Of a DNA stretch of 60,583 nt, positions 1 through 9,365 are shown piece after piece (the stretch's first letter is position 1; each line of letters opens with the position of its first letter). A program made the position numbers and the translations under genes. Source of the stretch: a virus (taxonomy: Duplodnaviria; Caudoviricetes); IMG/VR virus record IMGVR_UViG_3300030451_001154, positions 1 to 60,583 of that record; one strand, written 5' to 3'. Under the pieces are notes generated by a model. It was not told the origin of the DNA, ran no database searches, and was given only the letters and a program-made list of their open reading frames with translations.

Positions 1-231
1 CATAGGTCCAAACACTTTAAAAAGAGTCCACATGATTGAGAACGCTACAAGTGGATCACAAAATATAATTATATCACAAGGTTCTGGTGCAAATGTAACC
101 ATAGGACCTGGCGATACAAAGGTTGTTTACCTTGATGGTGCAGGTTCTGGTGCGGCTGTTGTAGATGCTTTTGTGGATTTAGATTTATCTGGTGGTTCTG
201 TAAATGTGAGCACAGTCAAAACTAATTCTGG
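1..231. repeat. Terminal overlap with 60353-60583 (circular assembly junction)
   Basis: 231-nt alignment with 8 substitutions (positions 1,13,82,106,109,121,124,154); 155-231 identical (77 nt). Confidence 0.95.
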
Positions 232-772
232 TGATATGACATTTGATTCTGCTGGAGATATTATTCTCGATGCAGATGGTGCTGATGTTATATTTAAAGA
301 TGGCGGAACATCTATTGCACACTTAACAAACTCAAGTAGCGATTTTGTTATTGAAACAAAAGTACAAGATAAAGACTTTATTGTAAAAGGAAACGATGGT
401 GGCTCTGGTATTACAGCACTTACAATTGATATGTCTGGTGCTGGAGCGGCGACTTTTAACAATGATGTAACTGCTTTTTCTGACGAAAGACTTAAAGAAG
501 ATATACAACCTATTGTTGGTGGACTTGAAAAAGTTATGCAACTACAAGGTGTAAGTTACAAAAGAAACGATGTTGAAAATGCTAAAACACAGATAGGTGT
601 GATAGCTCAACAAGTCGAATCAATCTTACCAGAAGTTGTTTTGACTGCCGATGATGAAATGGGTACAAAATCAGTTGACTATTCTAAGATGACTGCTGTA
701 CTAATAGAGGCAGTAAAAGAGTTAAAACAAGAAATAACACAACTAAAACAACAAATAAATAACGGAGCATAA
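1..772 (+). CDS. Tail fibre, C-terminal part with peptidase S74 intramolecular chaperone (gene starts at 60111 and wraps)
   Basis: FSDERLKEDI autocleavage motif, IGVIAQQVE, VDY...LIEAVKEL coiled coil; frame continuous with 60111-60583. Confidence 0.9.
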   Translation, partial: IGPNTLKRVHMIENATSGSQNIIISQGSGANVTIGPGDTKVVYLDGAGSGAAVVDAFVDLDLSGGSVNVSTVKTNSGDMTFDSAGDIILDADGADVIFKDGGTSIAHLTNSSSDFVIETKVQDKDFIVKGNDGGSGITALTIDMSGAGAATFNNDVTAFSDERLKEDIQPIVGGLEKVMQLQGVSYKRNDVENAKTQIGVIAQQVESILPEVVLTADDEMGTKSVDYSKMTAVLIEAVKELKQEITQLKQQINNGA

Positions 773-775
773 TAA

Positions 776-2059
776 GTGGCGATACCAAGTTCTGGACAAT
801 CTTTATCTTTCTCTGCACTTAGAACTGAATTTGTTGGTGGGTCTAGTGCAATTAGTTTAGGTGACCTTTACAGAGGTGGTTCTAATATTTTAAAAAAAGC
901 TGGAGATAATCAAGCTACAAATCTTGCAGCTAATGTTGCCACTTCTGGTGCATTAGATGTTAGTGATTATTACGATCAAGCAAAAGGATTTACTTTCACT
1001 TACTCTACTACTTTTTTGAGTGGATCAAGTGGAACAGATCAAAATGTATCAACATTGTTTGGTGATGATTACGATGTTAATTATCCAAAGAATGTTGTTA
1101 TACCATCAGGTATAACACTAGGATCTAACAACACAGCAGAATATGGTTTAGAAGTAGATTCTGGTGGAGCTGGTACAATAACAATTACTAATAACGGAAA
1201 CATTATTGGAGCGGGTGGAGCTGGTGGATCAGCTGGAGCCGCAGGTACTGGTGGAGCGGGTGGAGCTGGAGGCAATGGATCAGCTGGAGGCGATGCCGTA
1301 AAAGCCGCAGTTGCATGTACCATTATAAATAACGGAAGTATCTTAGCTGGAGGCGGTGGTGGAGCCGCTGGTGGTGGAGGTGGACTAGGTGGAGCTCTTC
1401 AACAACAGCAACAAACCACTGGTCAACAAGGTCCGACTTATTATGCTGGTGGATATGCTACACAACAATATATTTGGCAAGGAATTTTTCAACAAGGTTT
1501 TGGAAACCCTATAGGTGCTCAAGCTAACTGGGGTCCTGGAAATCCAGATGGTATAGTTGGGACAACAGCATCATCTCATCCTCGTTATATTCCAGGTTTG
1601 GCTGGACAGACTTCATTTACATTTGGACAGTATACTTATTATAGAGGTGGCTATAGAGGTGCTAACCAATTTAATACTTTCAACACCCTCTATAATATAT
1701 ATAGACAATTTCCTCAATCACAACAAACTCAAGTGGCTGGACATGCAGGAGCCGCAGGTGGAGCTGGTGGATTAGGAAGAGGATTTAATAATCAACCTGG
1801 TGGAGACTCTGGTGCATCTGGAGGTTCTGGAACAACTGGTCAAGCTGGAAACGGTGGAAACGGTGGAAACGGAGGCGATGGTGGTGGCTATGGTCAAGCT
1901 GGTTCATCTGGTCAAGCTGGTCAAGCGGGAACAAATTCATCTACTAATGGGTCTGCCGCAGGTAGTGCAGGTAGTGCGGGAGCGGCAGGTAATTATATCG
2001 AAGGAATTTCAAACGTAACTTTAACAAATAACGGCACAGTCGCAGGAGGCACAGAATAA
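776..2059 (+). CDS. Gly-rich tail adhesin / receptor-binding-like protein
   Basis: GTG start; GGAGG polyglycine blocks flanking an aromatic/Gln-rich segment; follows tail fibre. Confidence 0.7.
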   Translation: MAIPSSGQSLSFSALRTEFVGGSSAISLGDLYRGGSNILKKAGDNQATNLAANVATSGALDVSDYYDQAKGFTFTYSTTFLSGSSGTDQNVSTLFGDDYDVNYPKNVVIPSGITLGSNNTAEYGLEVDSGGAGTITITNNGNIIGAGGAGGSAGAAGTGGAGGAGGNGSAGGDAVKAAVACTIINNGSILAGGGGGAAGGGGGLGGALQQQQQTTGQQGPTYYAGGYATQQYIWQGIFQQGFGNPIGAQANWGPGNPDGIVGTTASSHPRYIPGLAGQTSFTFGQYTYYRGGYRGANQFNTFNTLYNIYRQFPQSQQTQVAGHAGAAGGAGGLGRGFNNQPGGDSGASGGSGTTGQAGNGGNGGNGGDGGGYGQAGSSGQAGQAGTNSSTNGSAAGSAGSAGAAGNYIEGISNVTLTNNGTVAGGTE

Positions 2060-2418
2060 TGGCTATATCATATACATGGTCTATACAAAAACTTTATACA
2101 AAAGATATAACAGAGGGTGGTCAAACTTATACTGATGTTATAAAAAGAACAATAGGAACTTTAACTGGAACACAATCAGGTGAAGAAGTTATTCACGGTT
2201 TTGACCTTGATTTAAGAAATCCTTCCTCATGGTCTGATTTTACTGCATATGATTCACTGTCAGAAGCTAATGTTGTTTCTTTTGTAGAAACAAGAATAGG
2301 GTCAGACATGATAGCTTCTATTAAAGCAGAAATGGAAAACATGATGGCAACTAAACTAGAGTATGCTGGTGCAACTATAAAAGGAACTGATGAGAATCCA
2401 ACTTTTCCTTGGAGTTAA
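2059..2418 (+). CDS. Tail-fibre-associated small protein (chaperone-like)
   Basis: TAATG coupling; TW-I...F-AY--L-E pattern common after phage fibres. Confidence 0.5.
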   Translation: MAISYTWSIQKLYTKDITEGGQTYTDVIKRTIGTLTGTQSGEEVIHGFDLDLRNPSSWSDFTAYDSLSEANVVSFVETRIGSDMIASIKAEMENMMATKLEYAGATIKGTDENPTFPWS

Positions 2419-2958
2419 ATGAATAAAATTTTAAACTTACTTTCAGAGTCACAAGTTTCTCTGTTAAAATCACATTTTGATTATGTCTGTAATATGCTTC
2501 CAAGAAGCATGAGTGATTCTAATATGATAGGACATAACTCTCACGAAATGTATGCAGATCCTATAACTGAAAATATCTTAAACTATGTACATCCAACTAT
2601 TCAAGAGGCGTATGGTAAAGAGTTATGCCCTACTTACTCTTTTTGGAGAAGATACTATGAAGGACAAACTTGTGCCGCACATAAAGATAGACCAGCTTGT
2701 GAAGTTAGTATTACTTTGAATGTAGGTGGTACACCTAGAAGTGACTGGAGTATATTTGTAGATAATAAAGAATTTAGTTTAAGCGAAGGACAAGGTGTTT
2801 TATATAAGGGTTGTGATCAAATGCACTGGCGAAATGCACTGCCTTATGAAAGCCATACACAAATTTTTTTGCATTTCATAGAAAAAGATGGTAAGTTCTA
2901 TCCGAAACATAAGTACGATGAAAGACAATCTTTATATCATGAGGCTGTCCAGAGATGA
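2419..2958 (+). CDS. 2OG-Fe(II) oxygenase-like protein
   Basis: HKDRPACEVS (HxD) ... HWR distal His. Confidence 0.8.
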   Translation: MNKILNLLSESQVSLLKSHFDYVCNMLPRSMSDSNMIGHNSHEMYADPITENILNYVHPTIQEAYGKELCPTYSFWRRYYEGQTCAAHKDRPACEVSITLNVGGTPRSDWSIFVDNKEFSLSEGQGVLYKGCDQMHWRNALPYESHTQIFLHFIEKDGKFYPKHKYDERQSLYHEAVQR

Positions 2959-2961
2959 GAT

Positions 2962-3528
2962 ATGAAAAGAAATATTATTGTTGCAAAGAACGCTATAAGT
3001 TCTGATTTATGTAATGCTATAATCAACACAACAAAAAATACCTTTACACCTGCTCAGATAGGTGGAGATTCAAGTAGAGACGCAACAATAAGAAGAAGCG
3101 AAACAAGTTGGTTAAGAGGATCAATAAAACATCTTGAGGTGTATACTCCAATATTACAGCTTATAAAAAAAGTTAATCAAGACTTTTATGGCTTTGACTT
3201 GACAGATCCAGAGCCTTTTCAAATAACAAGATACGATGAACAAAATCAAGGGTTCTATCATCCTCACGAAGACGGAGTTTACGACCCACTTCCAGTTGGT
3301 AGTTTTGTAAGAAAGTTGTCTTTGTCTATTCAACTTACCTCACCAGAATACTATGAAGGAGGAGAGTTTGAGTTTCCAGATGACAAAGAAAAATTTAATG
3401 TAGAGGATTCTAAACAACAAGGGACAGCTATATTTTTCCCCTCTTATATAAAACACGGTGTAAAACCAGTTACAAAAGGCACGAGATATAGTTTAGTTTG
3501 TTGGGTGTTGGGACCGATGTTTGCATGA
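2962..3528 (+). CDS. 2OG-Fe(II) oxygenase, prolyl-hydroxylase/PKHD type
   Basis: HED ... RKLS ... YEGGEF ... HGVKPVTKGTRYSLVCW. Confidence 0.92.
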   Translation: MKRNIIVAKNAISSDLCNAIINTTKNTFTPAQIGGDSSRDATIRRSETSWLRGSIKHLEVYTPILQLIKKVNQDFYGFDLTDPEPFQITRYDEQNQGFYHPHEDGVYDPLPVGSFVRKLSLSIQLTSPEYYEGGEFEFPDDKEKFNVEDSKQQGTAIFFPSYIKHGVKPVTKGTRYSLVCWVLGPMFA

Positions 3529-4079
3529 GAATAGAAGTATTTCCGACACTGCTTTATTGCTATCATTTAGAAAATCAAAATCAGATAAAAGAAAAAGTAG
3601 AAAACTATTATGACAAACACAAGAATGAGAGTGCTACGCCTAATGAATGGAATTGTGATTTGTTCACATCCTATGGCACAAACACATTTCCTATACAAGA
3701 ATGTCTAGACGCTTTTAATCCAATATTAGAAGAGTTTCAAAAAGAAACAAAACTATTTGGAAAAATAGTTTTAACAGATATGTGGTTAAATGTGTATCAA
3801 AAACAAAACTGGCAAGAAAAACACGTTCATTCTCCAGGTCAATGGTCTAGTGTATATTATGTTCACTTCGATCCAAACGAACATAGAGCAACTAAATTTC
3901 ATAATCCGATTGAGACATTACTTGCTTCCAATGGCATTAAAGAAAACTGTGTATCTCCCACGGTAAAAGAAGGAGATATGGTTATTTTTCCCGCATGGCT
4001 AGAACATGCCGCACCAATGAATAAATCTTCTAAGTTGAGATCCACTATATCGTTTAATTTTTTTATTGAAGGAAACTAG
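3525..4079 (+). CDS. Putative 2OG-Fe(II) oxygenase (TIGR02466-like)
   Basis: WLN..HVH...SVYY...FPAWLEH...RSTISFN; start moved to ATGA overlap at 3525. Confidence 0.85.
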   Translation: MRIEVFPTLLYCYHLENQNQIKEKVENYYDKHKNESATPNEWNCDLFTSYGTNTFPIQECLDAFNPILEEFQKETKLFGKIVLTDMWLNVYQKQNWQEKHVHSPGQWSSVYYVHFDPNEHRATKFHNPIETLLASNGIKENCVSPTVKEGDMVIFPAWLEHAAPMNKSSKLRSTISFNFFIEGN

Positions 4080-4082
4080 AGA

Positions 4083-4688
4083 ATGAACGTGCAACTTAAA
4101 GACTGTTTTCCAACACCACTATATAGTTCGTATTTAGATATAGACACAAATATATATATTAAAAAGGTGTATGAAGAAGAAAGTAAATCTAAAGGTAGAC
4201 GAAGAAGCAACACGGGTTGGCAGTCTCTTGATTTAGATGTAAAACAATACAAAGAATTATTTGACAAGATAAATCCTCACATAATTGAATATTACAAAAT
4301 ATTTAATTGTTCGGCAGAATTACACATGTCTAATGCTTGGTTTAATATAAATAGGTACAAAGATATGAACTCATCACATCATCATGCCTCTTCAGCCGTA
4401 TGTGGAATTTTATATTTTAAAGTGCCAGACAATAGTGGAGACATTGGTTTTGAGAATCCTAATCCTTTTATTGGGTCTACTTGGATTCAAGGCACAACAG
4501 ACGATACATTAAATAAATATAATGCAGAAACTATTTATTATAAATCAGAAGAGAAATTATTAATTTTATTTCCAGGTTATTTAAGACATGTGGTAAGACC
4601 AAACATGTCAAATGAAGATAGAATATCTATGGCTTTTAACACAAATGTTTTTTTCAAAGGAGACTTTAATGAACCTAGAAAACTATAA
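4083..4688 (+). CDS. Putative 2OG-Fe(II) oxygenase (TIGR02466-like)
   Basis: SNTGWQS, WFNIN..HHH...FPGYLRHVV.PN...RISMAFN. Confidence 0.88.
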   Translation: MNVQLKDCFPTPLYSSYLDIDTNIYIKKVYEEESKSKGRRRSNTGWQSLDLDVKQYKELFDKINPHIIEYYKIFNCSAELHMSNAWFNINRYKDMNSSHHHASSAVCGILYFKVPDNSGDIGFENPNPFIGSTWIQGTTDDTLNKYNAETIYYKSEEKLLILFPGYLRHVVRPNMSNEDRISMAFNTNVFFKGDFNEPRKL

Positions 4689-5319
4689 AAAAATAGTTCA
4701 AGAAAGATTCCCAATAGATCCAAAGAATTTACCTTACTATATTGTTTATGATGATTTTTTACCTGCTCACGAGTTTGGTAATTTAAAAAGTTACTTGTCA
4801 AGTGATTTTCCTTGGGGAATTGCAAATAAATTAAATTATGATGATCAAAACCCATACTTAGTAAGAAAAATATATGACGTTGAACACCCAGCTAGACATG
4901 AGTGGACATCTCATATTGATACAGAGCCTTTTGTTTATATAACACAAAAAATAGGCATGGTTGCTATGTTAAGATTAAAAGCAAATATGTATTTTAATAG
5001 TCACGTTAAGGATATACATTATCCTCACATTGATTATCAATTTCCACATCAAGGAGCTTTGTTTTATTTAGATGACTGTGACGCTCCTACTTACATGTCA
5101 GATGGAGTGGGTATTGAAAGTAAACAAAATAGACTTTTACTTTTTAACGCATCAACGGCTCATTCTAGTTCAGCACCAACTGATAAAAGCTATAGACAAA
5201 CTATTAACATTAATTATTTTGGAGGAGGTATTCGTAATGATTACTTAAGATTAATTAAAGATCCTACTGTAATATCTGAACATGTTCCTTTTACGATTAA
5301 GCCAGATGGGAGAACATAA
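4669..5319 (+). CDS. 2OG-Fe(II) oxygenase-like protein
   Basis: PHID ... NRLLLF ... HSS ... RQTININ; SD AAGGAG before ATG 4669. Confidence 0.8.
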   Translation: MNLENYKKIVQERFPIDPKNLPYYIVYDDFLPAHEFGNLKSYLSSDFPWGIANKLNYDDQNPYLVRKIYDVEHPARHEWTSHIDTEPFVYITQKIGMVAMLRLKANMYFNSHVKDIHYPHIDYQFPHQGALFYLDDCDAPTYMSDGVGIESKQNRLLLFNASTAHSSSAPTDKSYRQTININYFGGGIRNDYLRLIKDPTVISEHVPFTIKPDGRT

Positions 5320-5882
5320 TGCAGTTTCAAACATATCAATCAAAACTAATAGAAGATAATCATCAAGAGTTTTTAACAGAATGCGAAAGAGCAGTAGCTA
5401 AATTAGATGATAACTTTCCAGGTGAAGACAAAACGTGGAGTTATTACAAATATAATTTTTTCGTTGTCACTGCGGGAAGTAAACTGTTCTATAATTTATT
5501 TAAAGAAATGCAATGGTGTATTAGAAATTTCTGCCAAACTAATGAGCCTCTTTGGTGGGGATGTTGGTTAAATTACCATGAGTCAGACAAAGTATTAGAC
5601 TGGCATAATCATGGTTCAGATTATCATGGATATGTATCTATTGAACCAAAAAACACTGTTACTGAGTTTAAACAATGGAAAGTTAATAATAAAATAGGAC
5701 AAATCTACATAGGAGAAGGTGGACATGAACACAGAGTTGTTGTTAATGAAAACTTTGACACACCTAGAATTACTCTTGGTCTTGATATTTATAAAAACTT
5801 AAATTTTTTTGAAGACCTAAAAGAAGAAGATGGCGTTGTTACAACCAAAGTATTAGGTAATATGTGTTACATACCATGTTAG
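5319..5882 (+). CDS. 2OG-Fe(II)/cupin-like protein
   Basis: WLN...LDWHNH...HRV...RITLG. Confidence 0.7.
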   Translation: MQFQTYQSKLIEDNHQEFLTECERAVAKLDDNFPGEDKTWSYYKYNFFVVTAGSKLFYNLFKEMQWCIRNFCQTNEPLWWGCWLNYHESDKVLDWHNHGSDYHGYVSIEPKNTVTEFKQWKVNNKIGQIYIGEGGHEHRVVVNENFDTPRITLGLDIYKNLNFFEDLKEEDGVVTTKVLGNMCYIPC

Positions 5883-6415
5883 AAAAATCTAGTTTTATTT
5901 ATTTTGAAAATTTTCTCCCTACAAATTATTTTGAGGAACTTCAACAGTTAATGACAAGTGGAGACTTTGAATGGTTTTATAGAAGTCAATCAACAGAGAG
6001 TGATAAAGAGTCAAGTTTTACACACGCTTTATATGCTGATGAAAGTGGACAAGTCGCAACAAGCCATCATTGCGAAAAATTTAAAACTCTGTTTGATGAA
6101 ATGTTAAAAAAGTTTGGTGGAGAAAGAATAATAAGAGCAAGAGCTGTTTTGTACACTAAAAGAAATGAAATAACTTACACTGGAAAACACTATGATGTTA
6201 TTAACTTTGATTCGAAACCAGTGCAAGATCCTATTAAAATAGCATTGTTGAACTTTCATACATGCAATGGTGGAACAGTAGTCGGAAACACAAAAGTACC
6301 TTCAGTTGAAAATTCTGCTATACTTTTTAATAACACAACTGCTCATAGTGGTTTTATACAAAGTGATACTCCAATAAGAATTGTATTAAACTTTGTGTTT
6401 GTTGCCAATAATTAG
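5876..6415 (+). CDS. 2OG-Fe(II) oxygenase-like protein
   Basis: KHYD ... CNGGT ... HSG ... RIVLNF; probable start 5876. Confidence 0.78.
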   Translation: MLEKSSFIYFENFLPTNYFEELQQLMTSGDFEWFYRSQSTESDKESSFTHALYADESGQVATSHHCEKFKTLFDEMLKKFGGERIIRARAVLYTKRNEITYTGKHYDVINFDSKPVQDPIKIALLNFHTCNGGTVVGNTKVPSVENSAILFNNTTAHSGFIQSDTPIRIVLNFVFVANN

Positions 6416-6435
6416 AGTTAGTGGTATCATGACCT

Positions 6436-8295
6436 ATGCCTTTAACATCACTAAAATTTAGACCAGGTATCAACAGAGAGATAACCTCATACTCAAATGA
6501 GGGTGGTTTCTTTGATTGTGAAAAAGTAAGGTTTTATGCAGGATTTCCAGAAAAAATAGGTGGTTGGGTTAAACAATCTGACAACACATATCAAGGGACT
6601 GCAAGAGCTTTACACAATTGGGTTGCTTTAGATAACTCTAATTTTATGGGTGTTGGAACACATCTTAAATATTACATAGAAGAGGGTGGAAAGTTTAATG
6701 ACATAACACCTATTCGTAAAACATCTACAAACACTATTACATTTTCTGCAACAAATGGATCTGCTGAGTTAACAGTTACAGATTCATCTCATGGTGCAGT
6801 AGCGAATGATTTTGTTACAATATCTGGTGCAGTTAGTTTAGGAGGCAACATTACTGCCGCCGTACTAAATACAGAACATCAAATAACTTCTGTAGTGGAT
6901 GGTAATTCATATAAAATTACCGCAAGTGCAACAGCTAATGCATCTGATAGTGGTAATGGTGGTTCTGGTGTTGATGGCGTATATCAAGTAAATGTAGGTT
7001 TGGACACTGCCGTTGGAGGTAATGGATGGGGGGCTGGAGGTTATGGTGGTGTGAATGCTGATCTATCTACATTTGGTTGGGGTGAAGCAGCAGCTAGTGG
7101 GACAACTGCTCAAATTCGTTTATGGTCACATGATAACTTTGGCGAGGACTTACTCATCAATGCAAAAGATAGTCCTATTTTTTATTGGGACAAATCAAAT
7201 GGTCTCGGAACACGAGCCGTGAACTTAACGTCTGTAGCTGGTGCTTCAAACGTACCAATTATTGCAAAGCAAATACTTGTGTCAGACATTGATCGACACA
7301 TTATTGTTTTTGGAACAAATGCACTGGGAAGCACGGATCAAGATCCATTGTTAATTAGGTTTGGATCACAAGAATCTTTAACTGATTTTACACCCACTGC
7401 AACAAATACTGCTGGTGACTTAAGGCTTGGTAGTGGTTCTACTTTTGTTCAAGCAGTAGAAACAAAACAGCAGATACTTGTATTTACAGATAAAGCTGTA
7501 TTCTCTATGAGATTTATAGGTCCACCATTTACATTTGGACTGCAAGAACTTTCAAAAAATATTACAATTATGAGTCCTAAATCTGCAATAGCAATTGATG
7601 ATGCAGTGTTTTGGATGGGTAAAGATAGTTTTTATGTGTATGGAGGACAGACACAACAGATACCTTGTTCTGTACGAGATAAAGTATTTTTAGATTTTAA
7701 TACCTCTCAATCAGAAAAAGTATTTGCTGGTGTTAATTCTAAATGGGGTGAGATCTGGTGGTTCTATCCTTCTGCAAGTAGTGAAGAAATAGATAAATAT
7801 GTTATTTATAATTATTTAGAAAAGACATGGTATTATGGATCATTGTCTAGAACTGCTTGGCATGACAGAGGTATACGAACTTTTCCGATTGCCGCAGGGT
7901 CATCTTATTTATTTGAACATGAAAATGGAAATGATGACGATGGATCTGCAATGACTGCCTCTGTTGAAACGAGTCAAATGGATATTGGAGACGGTTATCA
8001 ATTTAGTTTTATAAAACAATTAATTCCAGATATAACTTTTAACGGATCTGATGTCTCTACTCCTGCCGCGACTTTTACATTACAAGCTAGAAACGGCCCA
8101 GGTAGTCCTTACAGTAACACTTCTGCTGGAACAAGTACAAGAACAGCCACGGCTCCAGTAGAACAATTTACAGATTTGGTTAATGTAAGATTAAGAGGAC
8201 GCTCTTTTAACATGAAACTTGAATCAACGGGACAAGGAGTAATGTGGAAACTAGGAACACCAAGGGTAGATATTAGACCAGACGGGAGGAGATAA
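6436..8295 (+). CDS. Tail nozzle / DNA stabilisation protein (podovirus tail tubular B-like)
   Basis: 619 aa beta-propeller-like composition, PGIN N-terminus, DGRR C-terminus; sits before ejection proteins. Confidence 0.65.
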   Translation: MPLTSLKFRPGINREITSYSNEGGFFDCEKVRFYAGFPEKIGGWVKQSDNTYQGTARALHNWVALDNSNFMGVGTHLKYYIEEGGKFNDITPIRKTSTNTITFSATNGSAELTVTDSSHGAVANDFVTISGAVSLGGNITAAVLNTEHQITSVVDGNSYKITASATANASDSGNGGSGVDGVYQVNVGLDTAVGGNGWGAGGYGGVNADLSTFGWGEAAASGTTAQIRLWSHDNFGEDLLINAKDSPIFYWDKSNGLGTRAVNLTSVAGASNVPIIAKQILVSDIDRHIIVFGTNALGSTDQDPLLIRFGSQESLTDFTPTATNTAGDLRLGSGSTFVQAVETKQQILVFTDKAVFSMRFIGPPFTFGLQELSKNITIMSPKSAIAIDDAVFWMGKDSFYVYGGQTQQIPCSVRDKVFLDFNTSQSEKVFAGVNSKWGEIWWFYPSASSEEIDKYVIYNYLEKTWYYGSLSRTAWHDRGIRTFPIAAGSSYLFEHENGNDDDGSAMTASVETSQMDIGDGYQFSFIKQLIPDITFNGSDVSTPAATFTLQARNGPGSPYSNTSAGTSTRTATAPVEQFTDLVNVRLRGRSFNMKLESTGQGVMWKLGTPRVDIRPDGRR

Positions 8296-8594
8296 TGTCC
8301 TCAAGAAATACAGCTCCACCAAGGCTACCTCTCCCTATTGGTGGTGTTACCGAAATGTATATAACAGATCTGGTCAACGCTTTAGATTTTTTCATAACAC
8401 AAACAACCAATCCAGGCGAGGGAAGAAACACAAAATTAGTCTTTACAGAGATGCCAACAAGTGATGTGGGTTTAGAACCTGGAACCTTGTATAGAATAGG
8501 AAATGATGTTAAGATATCTCTAATAGACATCGCTGGTGTTGACGGTGTGTCTGGAACTGTATCTATAGGAACTGTAACTGTATCGGTATCGTAA
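8295..8594 (+). CDS. Small structural protein
   Basis: Coupled ORF; GTVTVSVS end shared with 55069 ORF. Confidence 0.55.
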   Translation: MSSRNTAPPRLPLPIGGVTEMYITDLVNALDFFITQTTNPGEGRNTKLVFTEMPTSDVGLEPGTLYRIGNDVKISLIDIAGVDGVSGTVSIGTVTVSVS

Positions 8595-9365
8595 ATGGGA
8601 ATATTTAAAAGTTTTACAAAAATTTTAAAAAAAGCAGCACCAATTATAGGTGGCTCAATAGGTTTTGCCATAGCACCAGGGTTTTTGGGTGCGGCTCTTG
8701 GTTCAGGAATTGGTAGTCTTGTTGGAGGAGCTGATCCAGAAGATGCCTTAAAAGCCGCGGCTCTTGGTGGCATAGCTGGATACGCGGGTAGTAAATTTAT
8801 GGCTCCCACTGCCGAAGCAGTAAAAGCCACGACACCCGCATCTTTTGGTTTTGAAGCTGCGTCAAAAGTACCAGTTACTGCTGTATCAACAACACCATTA
8901 GCTTCTGAAGGTATTATGTCTTCAGTATTGGACTTTGCTAAGTCACCAGTGGGTATTGCTAGTATTGTGGGTGCTGGAGGTTTAGCGGCTCTTGGTGGAG
9001 AGGAAGAAGAAACAACTAAAAAAGAAGAAAGACCTTTTCCAAAAGGTACATCAAGATTAGGCATGGGAATGGTAGATGGAAAGTCTTACAATTTAAATAA
9101 TAAAGAAGAAAGAGACGAGTATTTTAGAAGAGTTAGAGCAAAACAAGGTTTTGAAGATGATGTAGGTATAGATCCAGTATACTCTGCTAATGGTGGTGAG
9201 GTAACTGGACCAGGGACTGGTACAAGTGATTCTGTACCAGCAAGACTATCAGATGGCGAGTTTGTATTGACTGCTAAAGCTGTCAGAGGAGCTGGTGGTG
9301 GAGATAGGGACTTGGGTGCAGCTAGAATGTATGATATGATGTCAGAGTTAGAGAGGGTCGCATAA
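8595..9365 (+). CDS. Internal virion / ejection protein
   Basis: Hydrophobic GA-rich segments; GPGTGTSDSVPARLSDGEFV motif. Confidence 0.6.
   Translation: MGIFKSFTKILKKAAPIIGGSIGFAIAPGFLGAALGSGIGSLVGGADPEDALKAAALGGIAGYAGSKFMAPTAEAVKATTPASFGFEAASKVPVTAVSTTPLASEGIMSSVLDFAKSPVGIASIVGAGGLAALGGEEEETTKKEERPFPKGTSRLGMGMVDGKSYNLNNKEERDEYFRRVRAKQGFEDDVGIDPVYSANGGEVTGPGTGTSDSVPARLSDGEFVLTAKAVRGAGGGDRDLGAARMYDMMSELERVA

Noticed and set aside
2419-6415. TET/JBP-type 5mC oxidation pathway linked to the MTase
   Set aside because: Motifs fit prolyl-hydroxylase/TIGR02466-like groups and the genes are in late operons far from the MTase; an HMM search would be needed to exclude it fully.
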